Notes: generated by a model not told the origin, from the sequence alone. Counted from the stretch's first letter, positions 1-10,092 are shown. The stretch is 64,000 bases of DNA from Clostridia bacterium (GCA_017462035.1 JAFTRY010000007.1:81048-145047); one strand, 5' to 3'. Program-made: numbers and translations.

Positions 1-657
1 GACATTCGTTTTATTGAACTGTTGAATCGATACGGACTAAAGGGAACCTTTAATCTCAATTCGGAATTGTTGGGAAAAGAGGGGATGCTGGTTCGAAACG
101 GTCAGACGGTGACACACAACAAGGTCTTGCCCCATGACGTGCGTTCCATCTATGAGGGACATGAGGTTGCGGCACATACTCTCACTCACCCCAACCTTAC
201 CAAGATTGAGGCTGCTTCGGAAATCGTACGACAGGTAGAACAGGACAGAATCAATCTGTCGGAGCTGTGCGGCTATGAGGTTTTCGGTATGGCATATCCT
301 TGCGGCGGGACAAATAACGATGATCGTGTGGCAAAAATTATTCGAGAGCAAACGGGGATTCGTTACGCGAGAGCTCTGGAAACCAACGGAAGCTTTGACC
401 TGCAAGAAAATCTTTATCGTTTTCGCGGAACAGTCTATCATCATGAGGAGTGGGATCGTTTGTTTGAAATTGGGGAACAATTTTTACATGCAGAGGCTCA
501 AGAGCCTATGATCCTGTATATCTGGGGACATACCTATGAGTTCGATATTTTTCCCGAACGATGGCAAAAAATTGAGGAATTTTTTCAGATGATCGCGGGA
601 CAGAAGGACATTTTTTACGGAACAAACCGTGAGGTTCTCTTGGAAAACAAGACATAA
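1..657 (+). CDS. Polysaccharide deacetylase (CE4) family protein, 5'-truncated by window edge
   Basis: The frame is open from base 1 (DIRFIELLNRYGLKGTFNLN...). It carries a CE4-like HEVAAHTLTHPNL motif and a later WGHTYEF. The track start at 22 is only an internal TTG. Confidence 0.7.
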   Translation, partial: DIRFIELLNRYGLKGTFNLNSELLGKEGMLVRNGQTVTHNKVLPHDVRSIYEGHEVAAHTLTHPNLTKIEAASEIVRQVEQDRINLSELCGYEVFGMAYPCGGTNNDDRVAKIIREQTGIRYARALETNGSFDLQENLYRFRGTVYHHEEWDRLFEIGEQFLHAEAQEPMILYIWGHTYEFDIFPERWQKIEEFFQMIAGQKDIFYGTNREVLLENKT

Positions 658-777
658 TGTTCCTAAAACCATTTTCAAAAAGAAACATGAAAGAAAACAT
701 AAAAGAAAATTCTAAAATACTCTTGAAAAGAGAGAGAAAATCTGTTATAATAAATGAGTAAGTCTGCGGGACAGACA

Positions 778-1080
778 GGCAGACTGTAAAATAAGGCCAT
801 ACCAGCCGGGGAATTAGCGGAGCCCTGTACCTGAAATCCGCTACAGCAGGGGTTCATTCCTTTCTTGAGGGTTGATCCGATACGGTCTGAGTCGTATCTG
901 CTGTGTTGAAGAGCGGGTCTTGCGCAATTGGGAGCTGTGAACCATGTCAGGTGGGGAACCAAGCAGCATTAAGCAGTGCACCCGATGTGCCGCGAGGTAG
1001 CCTGCTCGGAGCAGGAGGTGCGAAGATCGCGTAAAGGTGAGATTCGATTTTAAGGTGTATGGTCTTATTTTGCAGTCTGC
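778..1080 (+). ncRNA. ffs: Signal recognition particle RNA, long Bacillus-type with Alu domain (mature ends probably about 795/1064)
   Basis: Domain IV motif GTCAGGTGGGGAACCAAGCAGC lies at about 945-967. The 5' part GCGGAGCCCTGTACCTGAAATCCGCTACAGCAGGGG closely matches my recollection of B. subtilis scRNA. The 5' segment (778-803) pairs with the 3' segment (1054-1080), and a T7 run follows at 1081-1087. Position upstream of dnaX is the classical Firmicute synteny. Confidence 0.85.
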
Positions 1081-1116
1081 TTTTTTTACAAAAATAAGGG
1101 AAAGGATGTGACGGTA

Positions 1117-2709
1117 ATGCATCAGGCATTGTATCGAAAATGGCGCCCTCAGACCTTTGACGAGGTGTGCGGTCAAGAGCATATTACTTCCATCCTCAAA
1201 TATGAAACAGAGCACGGAAAATTTTCTCATGCCTATCTGTTTTGCGGCTCCAGAGGAACCGGAAAAACGACCTGCGCGAAGATTCTCGCCAAAGCGGTAA
1301 ACTGTGAGTCCCCTGTGAACGGAAGCCCCTGTAATCGATGCGCTTCTTGTATGGCAATTGACGGAGGAAGCGCTACGGACGTGTTGGAAATGGATGCGGC
1401 ATCTAACAACGGTGTAGATAATATTCGGGATATCCGAGACGAGGTCGTCTACACCCCCTCGGCATTGAAATACCGCGTGTATATCGTAGACGAGGTGCAT
1501 ATGCTCAGCGGAAGTGCCTTTAACGCTTTGCTGAAAACACTGGAGGAGCCTCCGGCACACGTCGTGTTTATCTTGGCAACTACAGAATTGCATAAGCTTC
1601 CTTCCACGATTATTTCCCGTTGTCAACGCTTCGATTTCCGTCGGATTGCCACTCAGGTGCTATGTGATAGATTGGCTCACATTTCCGATTCGGAGGGAAT
1701 AGAATACGACACCGATGCCCTCAGAATTCTCGCCAAGCTCGCGCAAGGCGGTATGCGTGACGCAATCAGTCTGCTGGAGCTATGCGCAGGAACAAGAAAA
1801 AAGATCACGGCTACACTAGTGGATGAGACGGTGGGTTCCGGCGGAAGAGAAAACGTGGAACGAACGGTTCGAGCAATTTCCGTTTCCAATTTCGATGCGA
1901 TTTTTTCTGCCATTGATACGGTGGTGCGTTCTTCCAGAGATCTTGCTGTTTACTGGCAGGAGTTGATCTCTTTTTACCGAGATATGCTCGTTATGAAGAC
2001 CACAGCGGCAGCAGACCGATATTTGGATCTGACCGAGGTGGAGTCGGAACGCTTGAAAAAAACCGCGGACCTATTTTCAAAGGAAACCTTGTTGTATCAC
2101 TGTCGAATCCTAGATGACGCTTTGCAAAATATGCAATGTGCCGGTGCCGCCAAGCGTATGGTTGCCGAAATGGCTTTGATTAAGATGTGCGATACCTCCT
2201 TGGATACTTCTACGGACGCGTTGCTGTCCCGTATTTCCAAGCTGGAAAACGCAATAGCATCTGGAGTCGCTTTTCAACCGAATCGGTTGGCAGAACAGCC
2301 TGTAGACAGGGAATTCGAAAGAACAGAAAAAACGGCAGAACCCGTTTCTGACCAAGATACGATCAACGGTATCGATCCTTCCGAAAGCCCACAGAAGGAA
2401 ATACCCTGTACGTTAAAGATTCTTCGGGGATGGAACGAGATGGCGGAAAAGGCGGCGGCAGGTGACGGTGCGGCACTGGGCTTTCTGAAGCTTGCCAAGG
2501 CATTTCGTGATTCAGAGGGAAGGGTCTATGTTAAATTTCCCAATGACTTTGCACGTTCCATGCTGGATCGTCCGCAAATCAGGGACAACATTCGCGCCGC
2601 AATCTCTCTTTCTACTCAGCAGAGTTTGGAGGATCGGGACTTGATCTTCGATCTTTTGAAGGAAAATGAAAATATTTCCGATCTGGATGATTTGGAATTG
2701 GAATCATAA
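1117..2709 (+). CDS. dnaX: DNA polymerase III subunit gamma/tau
   Basis: N-terminus MHQALYRKWRPQTFDEVCGQEHI, Walker A GSRGTGKTT, and Zn module CxxxxxxxxCxxCxxC. ATG at 1117 follows GGAAAGGA. Confidence 0.95.
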   Translation: MHQALYRKWRPQTFDEVCGQEHITSILKYETEHGKFSHAYLFCGSRGTGKTTCAKILAKAVNCESPVNGSPCNRCASCMAIDGGSATDVLEMDAASNNGVDNIRDIRDEVVYTPSALKYRVYIVDEVHMLSGSAFNALLKTLEEPPAHVVFILATTELHKLPSTIISRCQRFDFRRIATQVLCDRLAHISDSEGIEYDTDALRILAKLAQGGMRDAISLLELCAGTRKKITATLVDETVGSGGRENVERTVRAISVSNFDAIFSAIDTVVRSSRDLAVYWQELISFYRDMLVMKTTAAADRYLDLTEVESERLKKTADLFSKETLLYHCRILDDALQNMQCAGAAKRMVAEMALIKMCDTSLDTSTDALLSRISKLENAIASGVAFQPNRLAEQPVDREFERTEKTAEPVSDQDTINGIDPSESPQKEIPCTLKILRGWNEMAEKAAAGDGAALGFLKLAKAFRDSEGRVYVKFPNDFARSMLDRPQIRDNIRAAISLSTQQSLEDRDLIFDLLKENENISDLDDLELES

Positions 2710-2745
2710 AAAAGATAATACTGAAACATAAAGGAGAAAAGAACA

Positions 2746-3093
2746 ATGAGAGCAAATATCCCGAAGGGAATGGGCGGCGGTCCCCAGAATATGAACGCAA
2801 TGATCCGTCAGGCACAAAAGATGCAGGAGGACATGGCTGCACTCCAGGAAGACTTGGATGCCAGAGAATATGATATTTCCGCCGGCGGCGGAGTCGTTGG
2901 CGTGAAGATCAACGGAAAAAAGGAGATTCTTTCCATTGACATTCAGCCTGAGATTGTGGATCCCGATGACATCGAGACCTTGTCCGATATTTTGGTCGCG
3001 GCAGTAAACGAAGCGATCAAGCGTGTTGAGGATACCAACAGTGCCGAGATGGAAAAGATCACCGGCAGTGTAGGTATGCCCGGATTGTTTTGA
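2746..3093 (+). CDS. ybaB: Nucleoid-associated protein YbaB/EbfC
   Basis: A 115 aa protein with MIRQAQKMQEDMAALQEDL and VAAVNEAIKRV. It sits in the conserved dnaX-ybaB-recR order, and AAAGGAG lies upstream. Confidence 0.9.
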   Translation: MRANIPKGMGGGPQNMNAMIRQAQKMQEDMAALQEDLDAREYDISAGGGVVGVKINGKKEILSIDIQPEIVDPDDIETLSDILVAAVNEAIKRVEDTNSAEMEKITGSVGMPGLF

Positions 3094-3701
3094 TGATGAC
3101 TGAATCGATTGAGTCTCTTCAAAAATTAGCAGAGCAGTTTGGAAAGCTACCGGGAGTTGGCAGAAAGTCGGCAATGAGAATGGCATTTGCCTTACTTCAG
3201 CTGGATGAGCTTGACGTAGCGGAATTTGCCTCTGCTATGTTGGACGCAAAACAAAAGATCCACGAGTGCCCCATTTGCGGGAACTTAACCGACGAAGAGA
3301 CTTGTTATGTTTGTTGCGATGAGACGAGAGATCGCGGTGTGATATGTGTGGTAGAAGATGTCAAAGCGGTAATGTCAATCGAAAAAGTGAGAGAATTCCG
3401 CGGTGTATATCATGTGCTTCACGGAGTTATTTCACCCATCAATGGAATTACTCCCGATAAAATACGGTTGAAAGAGCTGATTACCCGTGTGGGAGAGGAT
3501 GGGGTCAGTGAAGTAATCGTTGCCACCAACCCTACTCCTGACGGAGAGGTTACCGCCATGTATATTTCCAAATATCTGAAGCCACTGGGTGTTAAGGTTA
3601 CCAGACTCGCTTATGGTATCCCGGTGGGATCCGATCTGGAATATGCAGATGAAGTCACGTTGGGACGTGCCATTGAGGGACGTCGAGACATCAATTCATA
3701 G
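3093..3701 (+). CDS. recR: Recombination protein RecR
   Basis: Contains LPGVGRKSAMRMAF (HhH), the C4 zinc finger CPICGNLTDEETCYVC, and the Toprim segment VCVVEDVKAVMSIE. The start overlaps the ybaB stop. Confidence 0.95.
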   Translation: MMTESIESLQKLAEQFGKLPGVGRKSAMRMAFALLQLDELDVAEFASAMLDAKQKIHECPICGNLTDEETCYVCCDETRDRGVICVVEDVKAVMSIEKVREFRGVYHVLHGVISPINGITPDKIRLKELITRVGEDGVSEVIVATNPTPDGEVTAMYISKYLKPLGVKVTRLAYGIPVGSDLEYADEVTLGRAIEGRRDINS

Positions 3702-3718
3702 AAGAAGGAGACTTGCCT

Positions 3719-4249
3719 ATGAGTGAAGAAAGAGATCAACAGCAAGATTTTGTGTCATCGGAGACACTTTATGATGAGGATACGGTCCCCTCTAAGACGG
3801 AAGATGCCCCTCTGGAAAAGGAAACCGAGCTTTCGGAAGAAAAGACAGATAACAAAGAAGAAGAGATCATCCGGGTATCCTATACGCAAATGAATACCAA
3901 CGAGCCGTTTGTGGCACAACCTATGCCATCGATTGCTCGCGAATACAACGAAGATGCGTTTCACCGCGCCGAAATGACGGCGTTAATCATGGGCATTATT
4001 GCCATTGTACTGATGGGGTGTTGTTGCGTAAATATCATTTTCGCAATCATCTCAATCTGCTTCGCTGTAAAAGCAAAGAACCTTTCCCAAAATAAAAAAA
4101 TGAGTAGCATGGCTTTAGGCGGTTTGATTTGTTCCATTATTTCTATTGCCTTGACCATAATTATAATTGTTTTGTACGTATTTATAATTGCAATCGTAAC
4201 CATTGCGGAAGCATCTGAGACAGCAAATTATATAAGATTTCTCTTCTGA
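3719..4249 (+). CDS. Hypothetical membrane protein (acidic N-terminal region, Cys-rich multi-TM C-terminus)
   Basis: ORF with GAAGGAGA upstream of the ATG at 3719. The C-terminal half is strongly hydrophobic (IMGIIAIVLMGCCCVNIIFAIISICFAV...). I recognise no family with confidence. Confidence 0.6.
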   Translation: MSEERDQQQDFVSSETLYDEDTVPSKTEDAPLEKETELSEEKTDNKEEEIIRVSYTQMNTNEPFVAQPMPSIAREYNEDAFHRAEMTALIMGIIAIVLMGCCCVNIIFAIISICFAVKAKNLSQNKKMSSMALGGLICSIISIALTIIIIVLYVFIIAIVTIAEASETANYIRFLF

Positions 4250-4344
4250 ACAAAGGATTTCGAGCTTTAGTAAGTTATCTTTAGCGGAGATATGCTAAAA
4301 CGAAGCTTGCCCTGCGGGCAAAGCGTGTAGTTTCCGCGATACAG

Positions 4345-4392
4345 AAAAAGAGCAAACATACAAGATTTTCATCTTGCATGTTTGCTCTTTCT
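4345..4392. terminator. Bidirectional rho-independent terminator between convergent genes
   Basis: Hairpin GAGCAAACATACAAG / CTTGCATGTTTGCTC with an A-run on the left and a T-rich tract on the right. Confidence 0.6.
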
Positions 4393-4517
4393 GTCGTTAT
4401 AAGGGTTTGTTCTCAGTCCCCAATACATTTGTCCAGACAAATGGGATACTTGCACTTAGTGAAATTTTCAAATTATCCGCTAAGAACATGACCCTTTCAC
4501 TCGGGACTTTCTTTTGT

Positions 4518-6176
4518 TTATGCTTGAATAATACTTTCGTCCCACATGGAAGGAGCCTCGTAACCCATGAGGTTGACCATGGTAGCGGCTACGTTGGACA
4601 GACCGAAATTGCCGGTGTCTTCCTTTACAGCATACTGATCCGCATAGAAGTTGTCGTAAATGATGCAGGGAACGGGATTCAGCGTATGGCTTGTCTTTGC
4701 CTTGAAGTTTCCATTCTTGTCTGCCTTAGGCAATCCGGTCTTCTTATCGATTTCATACATTTCATCGGCATTACCGTGGTCTGCCGTAATGAGGGCAACC
4801 CCCTTGACGCGATCAATAGCACTCAAAAGTCTTGCCAGCTGGAGATCCAGTGCCTCCATAGAACATCTGGTAGCCAGCAAAGAACCGGTATGACCCACCA
4901 TATCACCGTTGGGGAAGTTTACACGCAAGTACTTGTACTTACCGGACTCAATGCACTCGATCAGCTTGTCGGTGATCTCGGCACACTTCATCCAGGGTCT
5001 CTGCTCAAAGGGAACCACGTCAGAGGGGATCTCAATGTAGGTTTCCAGCTCCTCTGAGAACTTACCGGAACGGTTTCCATTCCAGAAATAGGTGACGTGT
5101 CCGTACTTCTGCGTCTCAGAAATGGCAAGCTGAGGAACTCCAGTATTTGCCAGATACTCACTCATGGTGTTGGTAATCTCGGGAGGAGATACCAGATAAC
5201 GCTGAGGAATATGCAGGTCTCCGTCATACTCCAGCATTCCCGCATAAACAACCTGGGGAACACGCTTACGGTCAAACTTATCGAAAGCACCGGAAGGAGC
5301 ATCAAATGCCTTGGAGATCTCAATGGAACGGTCTCCGCGGAAATTGTAGAAGATTACGCTGTCGCCGTCCTCGATGGTTCCAACAGGATTTCCGTCCTCT
5401 GCAATAACGAAAGGAGGAAGATCTTGGTCAATCACCTTATATTCTTCGCGGTAGGTATTGACAGCCTCAGCGGCACTGGTAAAGGTTCTGCCTTCGCCCA
5501 GAACGTGGGTCTGCCAACCACGCTCTACCATCGACCAATCTGCCTCGTAACGGTCCATGGTGATCTTCATACGTCCGCCGCCAGATGCGATCTTTACGTC
5601 AAACTGACTGTCTCTCAGCTCATTCAAAAAGAGCTCAAAGGGATTGATATATTCCAGCGCGCTGGTTTCACCAACGTCACGGCCATCGATGAGAATGTGG
5701 ATTCGAACCTTTGTTACCTCTTCCGTCTTTGCCTGGCAGATCATTGCCTTGAGGTGGTCGATATGAGAGTGAACGTTACCGTCTGAGAACAGACCGATAA
5801 AGTGCAGGGCACTGCCATTGGACTTCACATTGGAAATAATGGTTTTCCAGGTATCGGATGCAAACATTTTTCCGCTTTCGATGGACTGAGATACAAGCTT
5901 TGCACCCTGGGCAAATACCTGTCCGGCACCCAACGCGTTATGTCCAACCTCGGAGTTGCCCATATCGTCGTCAGAGGGCAGTCCAACCGCGGGTCCGTGA
6001 GCCTTCAGCTTGACCATGGGATATTTCTCCATGAGCATATCCAGAGTAGGTGTATAAGCACCGTATACCGCATTCGCCTCAGTGGCAGGCGCAATGCCGA
6101 CACCGTCCATCACAATGGTTACAACGGGACCGGGAACGCCGTTAAAATTTTCGAGTTTCTTTAAAGATTCAGCCAT
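4518..6176 (-). CDS. gpmI: 2,3-bisphosphoglycerate-independent phosphoglycerate mutase
   Basis: A 552 aa protein with DGVGIAP, NSEVGHNALGAGQV, SDGNVHSH and ITADHGNADEM, which are the canonical iPGM motifs. Confidence 0.95.
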   Translation of the reverse strand: MAESLKKLENFNGVPGPVVTIVMDGVGIAPATEANAVYGAYTPTLDMLMEKYPMVKLKAHGPAVGLPSDDDMGNSEVGHNALGAGQVFAQGAKLVSQSIESGKMFASDTWKTIISNVKSNGSALHFIGLFSDGNVHSHIDHLKAMICQAKTEEVTKVRIHILIDGRDVGETSALEYINPFELFLNELRDSQFDVKIASGGGRMKITMDRYEADWSMVERGWQTHVLGEGRTFTSAAEAVNTYREEYKVIDQDLPPFVIAEDGNPVGTIEDGDSVIFYNFRGDRSIEISKAFDAPSGAFDKFDRKRVPQVVYAGMLEYDGDLHIPQRYLVSPPEITNTMSEYLANTGVPQLAISETQKYGHVTYFWNGNRSGKFSEELETYIEIPSDVVPFEQRPWMKCAEITDKLIECIESGKYKYLRVNFPNGDMVGHTGSLLATRCSMEALDLQLARLLSAIDRVKGVALITADHGNADEMYEIDKKTGLPKADKNGNFKAKTSHTLNPVPCIIYDNFYADQYAVKEDTGNFGLSNVAATMVNLMGYEAPSMWDESIIQA

Positions 6177-6304
6177 TTTGACCTCCGAAAAATAAATTTT
6201 ATCAATCTAATATAGTATACCGCTAAATTACAATTTTTTCAAGTGGATATTGAAAATTTGTTTTGATTTTTTAAAAAAAATTTGTATTTTGATCATCAAC
6301 AGGA

Positions 6305-6657
6305 ACTCGAAGCCATATGTCCCCTTCGGGGACAAGCTTGTTTTCTCGATCTCCGGATGTTCTCCACCATAAAAAGAGGGATGCCCACGGCATGTTCATG
6401 GGGGGACTCGAAACCATATGTCACCTTCGGTGACAAGCTTGTTTTCTCGATCTCCGGATGTTCTCCACCATAAAAAGAAGGATGCCCACGGCATGTTCAT
6501 GGGGGGACTCGAAACCATATGTCACCTTCGGTGACAAGGCAAGATTCGCCTTTGATAACAAGAAGGGCATAATTCACAAGAATCTTGCGCTTGTTTTCTC
6601 GATCTCCGGATGTTCTCCATCATAAAAAGAAGGATGCCCACGGCATCCTTCTTTTTA
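6305..6657. repeat. Three tandem units of about 101 bp derived from the tRNA-Val 3' end and terminator; the third unit carries an insertion of about 50 bp
   Basis: Unit starts are at about 6305, 6406 and 6507. Units share ACTCGAAACCATATGTCACCTTCGGTGACAAGCTTGTTTTCTCGATCTCCGGATGTTCTCCACCATAAAAAGAAGGATGCCCACGGCATGTTCATGGGGGG with only a few substitutions. The third unit is interrupted at about 6538-6589. Confidence 0.85.
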
Positions 6658-6734
<77 letters not shown>

Positions 6735-6842
6735 TGACGACCTCATTATTATATCATATAAACGTAAAAAAAGCAATAGCTTTTTCATAATTTTTCTTTT
6801 TTATTTTTATAAAAAACCGAGAGAAATGTCTCCCGGTTTCAT

Positions 6843-7058
6843 TTAAGATTTTGTATGATCTTTCTTCAAAGATTTTTTTGTGCCGTCCGGATATTGAATT
6901 ACGGTATTGTCAAGCATGGCACCAAATGACAATCGAATCTCTCTGAGGTATTCCTCTCGAAGCTCCTTCTGCTCAGCCAACTCTTGTTCATTCAACGGCT
7001 CTTGCTTGGATTTCCTTGCTAATTCATTAATTCGGTTTAACTTTTCCTTTTCCATCAT
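6843..7058 (-). CDS. UPF0291/DUF896 (YnzC-like) small helical protein
   Basis: A 71 aa protein, MMEKEKLNRINELARKSKQEPLNEQELAEQKELREEYL, which matches the DUF896 pattern. Confidence 0.7.
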   Translation of the reverse strand: MMEKEKLNRINELARKSKQEPLNEQELAEQKELREEYLREIRLSFGAMLDNTVIQYPDGTKKSLKKDHTKS

Positions 7059-7128
7059 TGACCTCTAAAGTATTTATTAACCAAGAAAGGGAAGTGGCTG
7101 TTGCTTTTGGCAACAGCCACAAATCATC

Positions 7129-9012
7129 TTATTCTTCTTCCTCTGCGGGAATATACAGGTGGTAATCCTTCAACTTCATCTTCTTAAACTGTACGGTTCC
7201 GTAGTAAGTGAAGTCATACTTGGAAATTTCCTCACGAGCTAAGGTTGCATTCTGATTGAAGATAATCGGAATTACAGGAAGATCCTTCATTAAGATTGCC
7301 TCAGCTTCATGCAGAAGAGTTGCTCTTGTTGCCGCATCGGTTGCTTTGTATGCTGCCTCAATCTTCTGATTGTATTCTTCACTGTTGTAGCCGGTAATAT
7401 GTGTGGGAATTGCGAAATCGGCACTCTCCTCAGAGGTTGCTGCACCGCCAGTATAGTTCTTAGCGAGGGGAGCAAGAACAGAGAAAGCGTTTACACTGTA
7501 CGCCACGTAATCAATAGCGGCAACGTAGAACTTTCCAGCTCGATAATCCTCATAGAATACATCGTCCTTAACACCGGCAATGACTTCCTGAGTAGTCTTA
7601 TCATAGTGAACATTATCCGTTACGTCAATCGCATTAATCGCAATGTGGAATCCCAGAGATTCCCAAGCCGCCTGAACCATCTTTGCAATTTCCACATGAA
7701 CTTCATCATAAGAAGGAACAGAAATGGCAAACATATACTTGGAGGCATCTACACCGGCTGCGCTCAGCATCTGCTTTGCTTTATCAACATTTGCACCAGT
7801 GGCAAGAATATCACCGCCGACCGTACGGAACAGATCCTTCTTGGAATCGGTATTAAACACGCCGTAGGGAACCAATCCGGTTGCCGCTTTGGCAAACACA
7901 ACAGCCTTTGCAATTTCTTCACGGTTAATAGCAAGGGACATTGCCTCGCGAACAGCCTGATTTGCAAAAATTGCGTCTCCGTCGGTTCCTGCAACTAATT
8001 CATCCTTATATACGGTTTTAGAGGAAGTTAGCTTTTCAAAGGCACTTGCAGAATAGTAGGGAATCACCGCGTTTTCATTCAAAACGTAGGTATGAGTGCT
8101 GAGTGCATCGGTTACAGTTGCTTGATCCTTCCAGTTGCCGCGTACGGACAGGGGGATGTCACCCACGAAGAACAGCTGACCGTCGGAATATGCCTTCATA
8201 ATCTCTTCATCGGACATGGAGTAGTCAATAATCAGACGGTAGGGGGTTACGGATTTATCATACGCATCCTCCTCAATGTCGCGGTAATAGTAGGCGTTTC
8301 TTTCCATAACAATCTTTTCCGCACCGGGATCGTAAGAGATCTCTCGAATCTTGAAGGGACCGCTGGCAACCATGATCGCAGGAGTCTTTGCCCAGTCATA
8401 GTAATTGACTGCCTGACCAACGATATTTTCACGGAGGGGAGCCAAAGCTACGCTGGTAAGGTTACGCAGGAACGCATCGTAATCGATCTTACCTTCGAAG
8501 TAAATCTCGACCTGAGACTGGTTGATTGCGTACAGGCCAACATCATCAATAGAAGCATCGCCTTCCTTAGCGGCGCGGGCATTCTTGATGTCGTAAAGCA
8601 GAGCGGCAGCTTCAAAGGAATTCGCCACGTCCAAAATACGCTTCCAGGAATACACGACGTCATTGGCGGTGACGGCAATACCGTCAGACCAGAAGGTTTC
8701 GTTCAGAGTGATAATCATTCTGTATTCGTCTGCCTTCTCGTCCTCATAACTCTTATAATCCTTTGCCAAGGATTTCTTTACCTTTCCGTTCTCGTTAAGA
8801 ACGAACAGGTTGTCAAACATCAAACTGACAATCTTCAGTGCCGCCTCGTTTCCGTAAGCCATTGCAGGGTCGAAGCTGTAAACAAGGTCAGACAGATACA
8901 TCGTTACATACGCACCCTTGTCATCTTCATCTACTTCCTTCTTCGCGCAACCGGCAACAACAGGCAGAACCATCAATAAGCAAAGCAAAAGGGAAATGAT
9001 TCTTTTCATCAT
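7129..9012 (-). CDS. ABC transporter substrate-binding lipoprotein, family 5 (peptide/nickel type)
   Basis: Signal peptide with lipobox VVAGC, a size of 627 aa, and SBP_bac_5-like segments (LAKDYK..., WSDG..VTANDVVYSW). Confidence 0.85.
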   Translation of the reverse strand: MMKRIISLLLCLLMVLPVVAGCAKKEVDEDDKGAYVTMYLSDLVYSFDPAMAYGNEAALKIVSLMFDNLFVLNENGKVKKSLAKDYKSYEDEKADEYRMIITLNETFWSDGIAVTANDVVYSWKRILDVANSFEAAALLYDIKNARAAKEGDASIDDVGLYAINQSQVEIYFEGKIDYDAFLRNLTSVALAPLRENIVGQAVNYYDWAKTPAIMVASGPFKIREISYDPGAEKIVMERNAYYYRDIEEDAYDKSVTPYRLIIDYSMSDEEIMKAYSDGQLFFVGDIPLSVRGNWKDQATVTDALSTHTYVLNENAVIPYYSASAFEKLTSSKTVYKDELVAGTDGDAIFANQAVREAMSLAINREEIAKAVVFAKAATGLVPYGVFNTDSKKDLFRTVGGDILATGANVDKAKQMLSAAGVDASKYMFAISVPSYDEVHVEIAKMVQAAWESLGFHIAINAIDVTDNVHYDKTTQEVIAGVKDDVFYEDYRAGKFYVAAIDYVAYSVNAFSVLAPLAKNYTGGAATSEESADFAIPTHITGYNSEEYNQKIEAAYKATDAATRATLLHEAEAILMKDLPVIPIIFNQNATLAREEISKYDFTYYGTVQFKKMKLKDYHLYIPAEEEE

Positions 9013-9193
9013 GGTTTGGGACCTCCTCCAGATTTGAAACTATACCCTTGGTAGGGCTTTTTTACTCACATAATTATAACATTTTTTTCATTCAAAATCA
9101 ATCGTATTCCGAGAAAGAATTTCACTTTTGGTTAAGTGCACAATACAAGCGCAAAAAACTTGTGCAATGTTTACATAAAAAAGCGAGGTAAAC

Positions 9194-10027
9194 ATGAAAA
9201 ATTATTTTTTTACGGATTTAAGCCTTGAAAAAAGAGGATATCAAAGTGACTCAACAGAAAAAATTACGGAAAATATTCATCTTTTCAGGAATTTTCCGAA
9301 TCATTCATCCTCTGATAAAGAGAATTACGTCATGTTTTTCACTCCAAAAATATGGGAAATTAATGCCCATGATTTTTCCATTTTGGAAAGAAAGATCGCG
9401 GACGAGTTAAGGAGAATGATGCACCGTTTGATCTCTCCCGAAGGATCCCGTCACATCTCCGTTTTGGTGGTAGGGCTCGGGAATCAAGAAATCACCTCAG
9501 ATGCAATCGGTCCCGAAACGGTCCGGCATCTCACCGTAACTCGTCATTTACCGATCCGCTCTATGTCCTCCTGTCGAGTATCAGCCATTGCCCCCGGTGT
9601 TTTGGGAAGCACGGGTATGGAGACAGTTGAGGTAATCCTTGGTGTTGTTCAGCGTACCGCTCCTGATCTCGTCATTGCCATCGATGCCCTGGCAGCCAGA
9701 AGCCTTGAGCGATTGGCGGCTGCCATACAAATTTCTGACGGTGGGATTCTTCCGGGATCGGGAATCGGAAATATGAGAAAGGCATTGAGCCGTGACACGC
9801 TGGGGATCCCCGTCATTGCCATCGGTGTCCCCACCGTGGTGAATTCTGCCACCCTGGTAGCTGAAACACTGGGGCAATGCGGAATTCAACAAATCAACGA
9901 CGACCTGCGAGATAAATTGGAAAGCGGAAAAAGCTGCTTCGTGACACCGAAGGAATCTGATCTGCTTTTAAAAAGTGCATCTTTGCTTTTGGCGGTGGCG
10001 ATTAATCGAGCATGTCAGGAGACGTAA
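9194..10027 (+). CDS. gpr: Germination protease (GPR endopeptidase)
   Basis: VLVVGLGNQEITSDAIGPE, VIAIDALAARSLERL, IQISDGGILPGSGIGN and GIPVIAIGVPTVV align with B. subtilis Gpr. Confidence 0.85.
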   Translation: MKNYFFTDLSLEKRGYQSDSTEKITENIHLFRNFPNHSSSDKENYVMFFTPKIWEINAHDFSILERKIADELRRMMHRLISPEGSRHISVLVVGLGNQEITSDAIGPETVRHLTVTRHLPIRSMSSCRVSAIAPGVLGSTGMETVEVILGVVQRTAPDLVIAIDALAARSLERLAAAIQISDGGILPGSGIGNMRKALSRDTLGIPVIAIGVPTVVNSATLVAETLGQCGIQQINDDLRDKLESGKSCFVTPKESDLLLKSASLLLAVAINRACQET

Positions 10028-10092
10028 ACGGTATAATAGAACGCACCCGAGAATATATTGTAGTATCAAATTCAAAAGGAGGGTAAAAACAA

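Noticed and set aside
841-1626. A 261-aa minus-strand ORF, together with smaller ORFs at 675-962 and 947-1129.
   Set aside because: They lie antisense to or overlapping the SRP RNA gene and the 5' end of dnaX, both of which have strong independent support. They have no RBS and low-complexity, Arg/Ser-rich translations typical of antisense frames.
2056-2062. An A7 run inside dnaX, considered as a possible gamma/tau frameshift or transcriptional slippage site.
   Set aside because: In frame it reads TTG AAA AAA ACC, which is not an X XXY YYZ heptamer. I saw no downstream stem-loop. The position (codon of about 313) is earlier than the domain III/IV boundary used in known cases. It remains untested but is not supported by the sequence.
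4374-6164. Three long plus-strand ORFs (227, 229 and 120 aa) opposite gpmI.
   Set aside because: They are entirely antisense to a full-length, motif-perfect iPGM gene. The translations have no recognisable motifs. This is the classic shadow-ORF pattern.
7309-8979. Plus-strand ORFs of 229 and 295 aa opposite the substrate-binding protein gene.
   Set aside because: They are shadow ORFs antisense to a lipoprotein gene with a clear signal peptide and lipobox. They are Cys- and Asn-rich nonsense translations.
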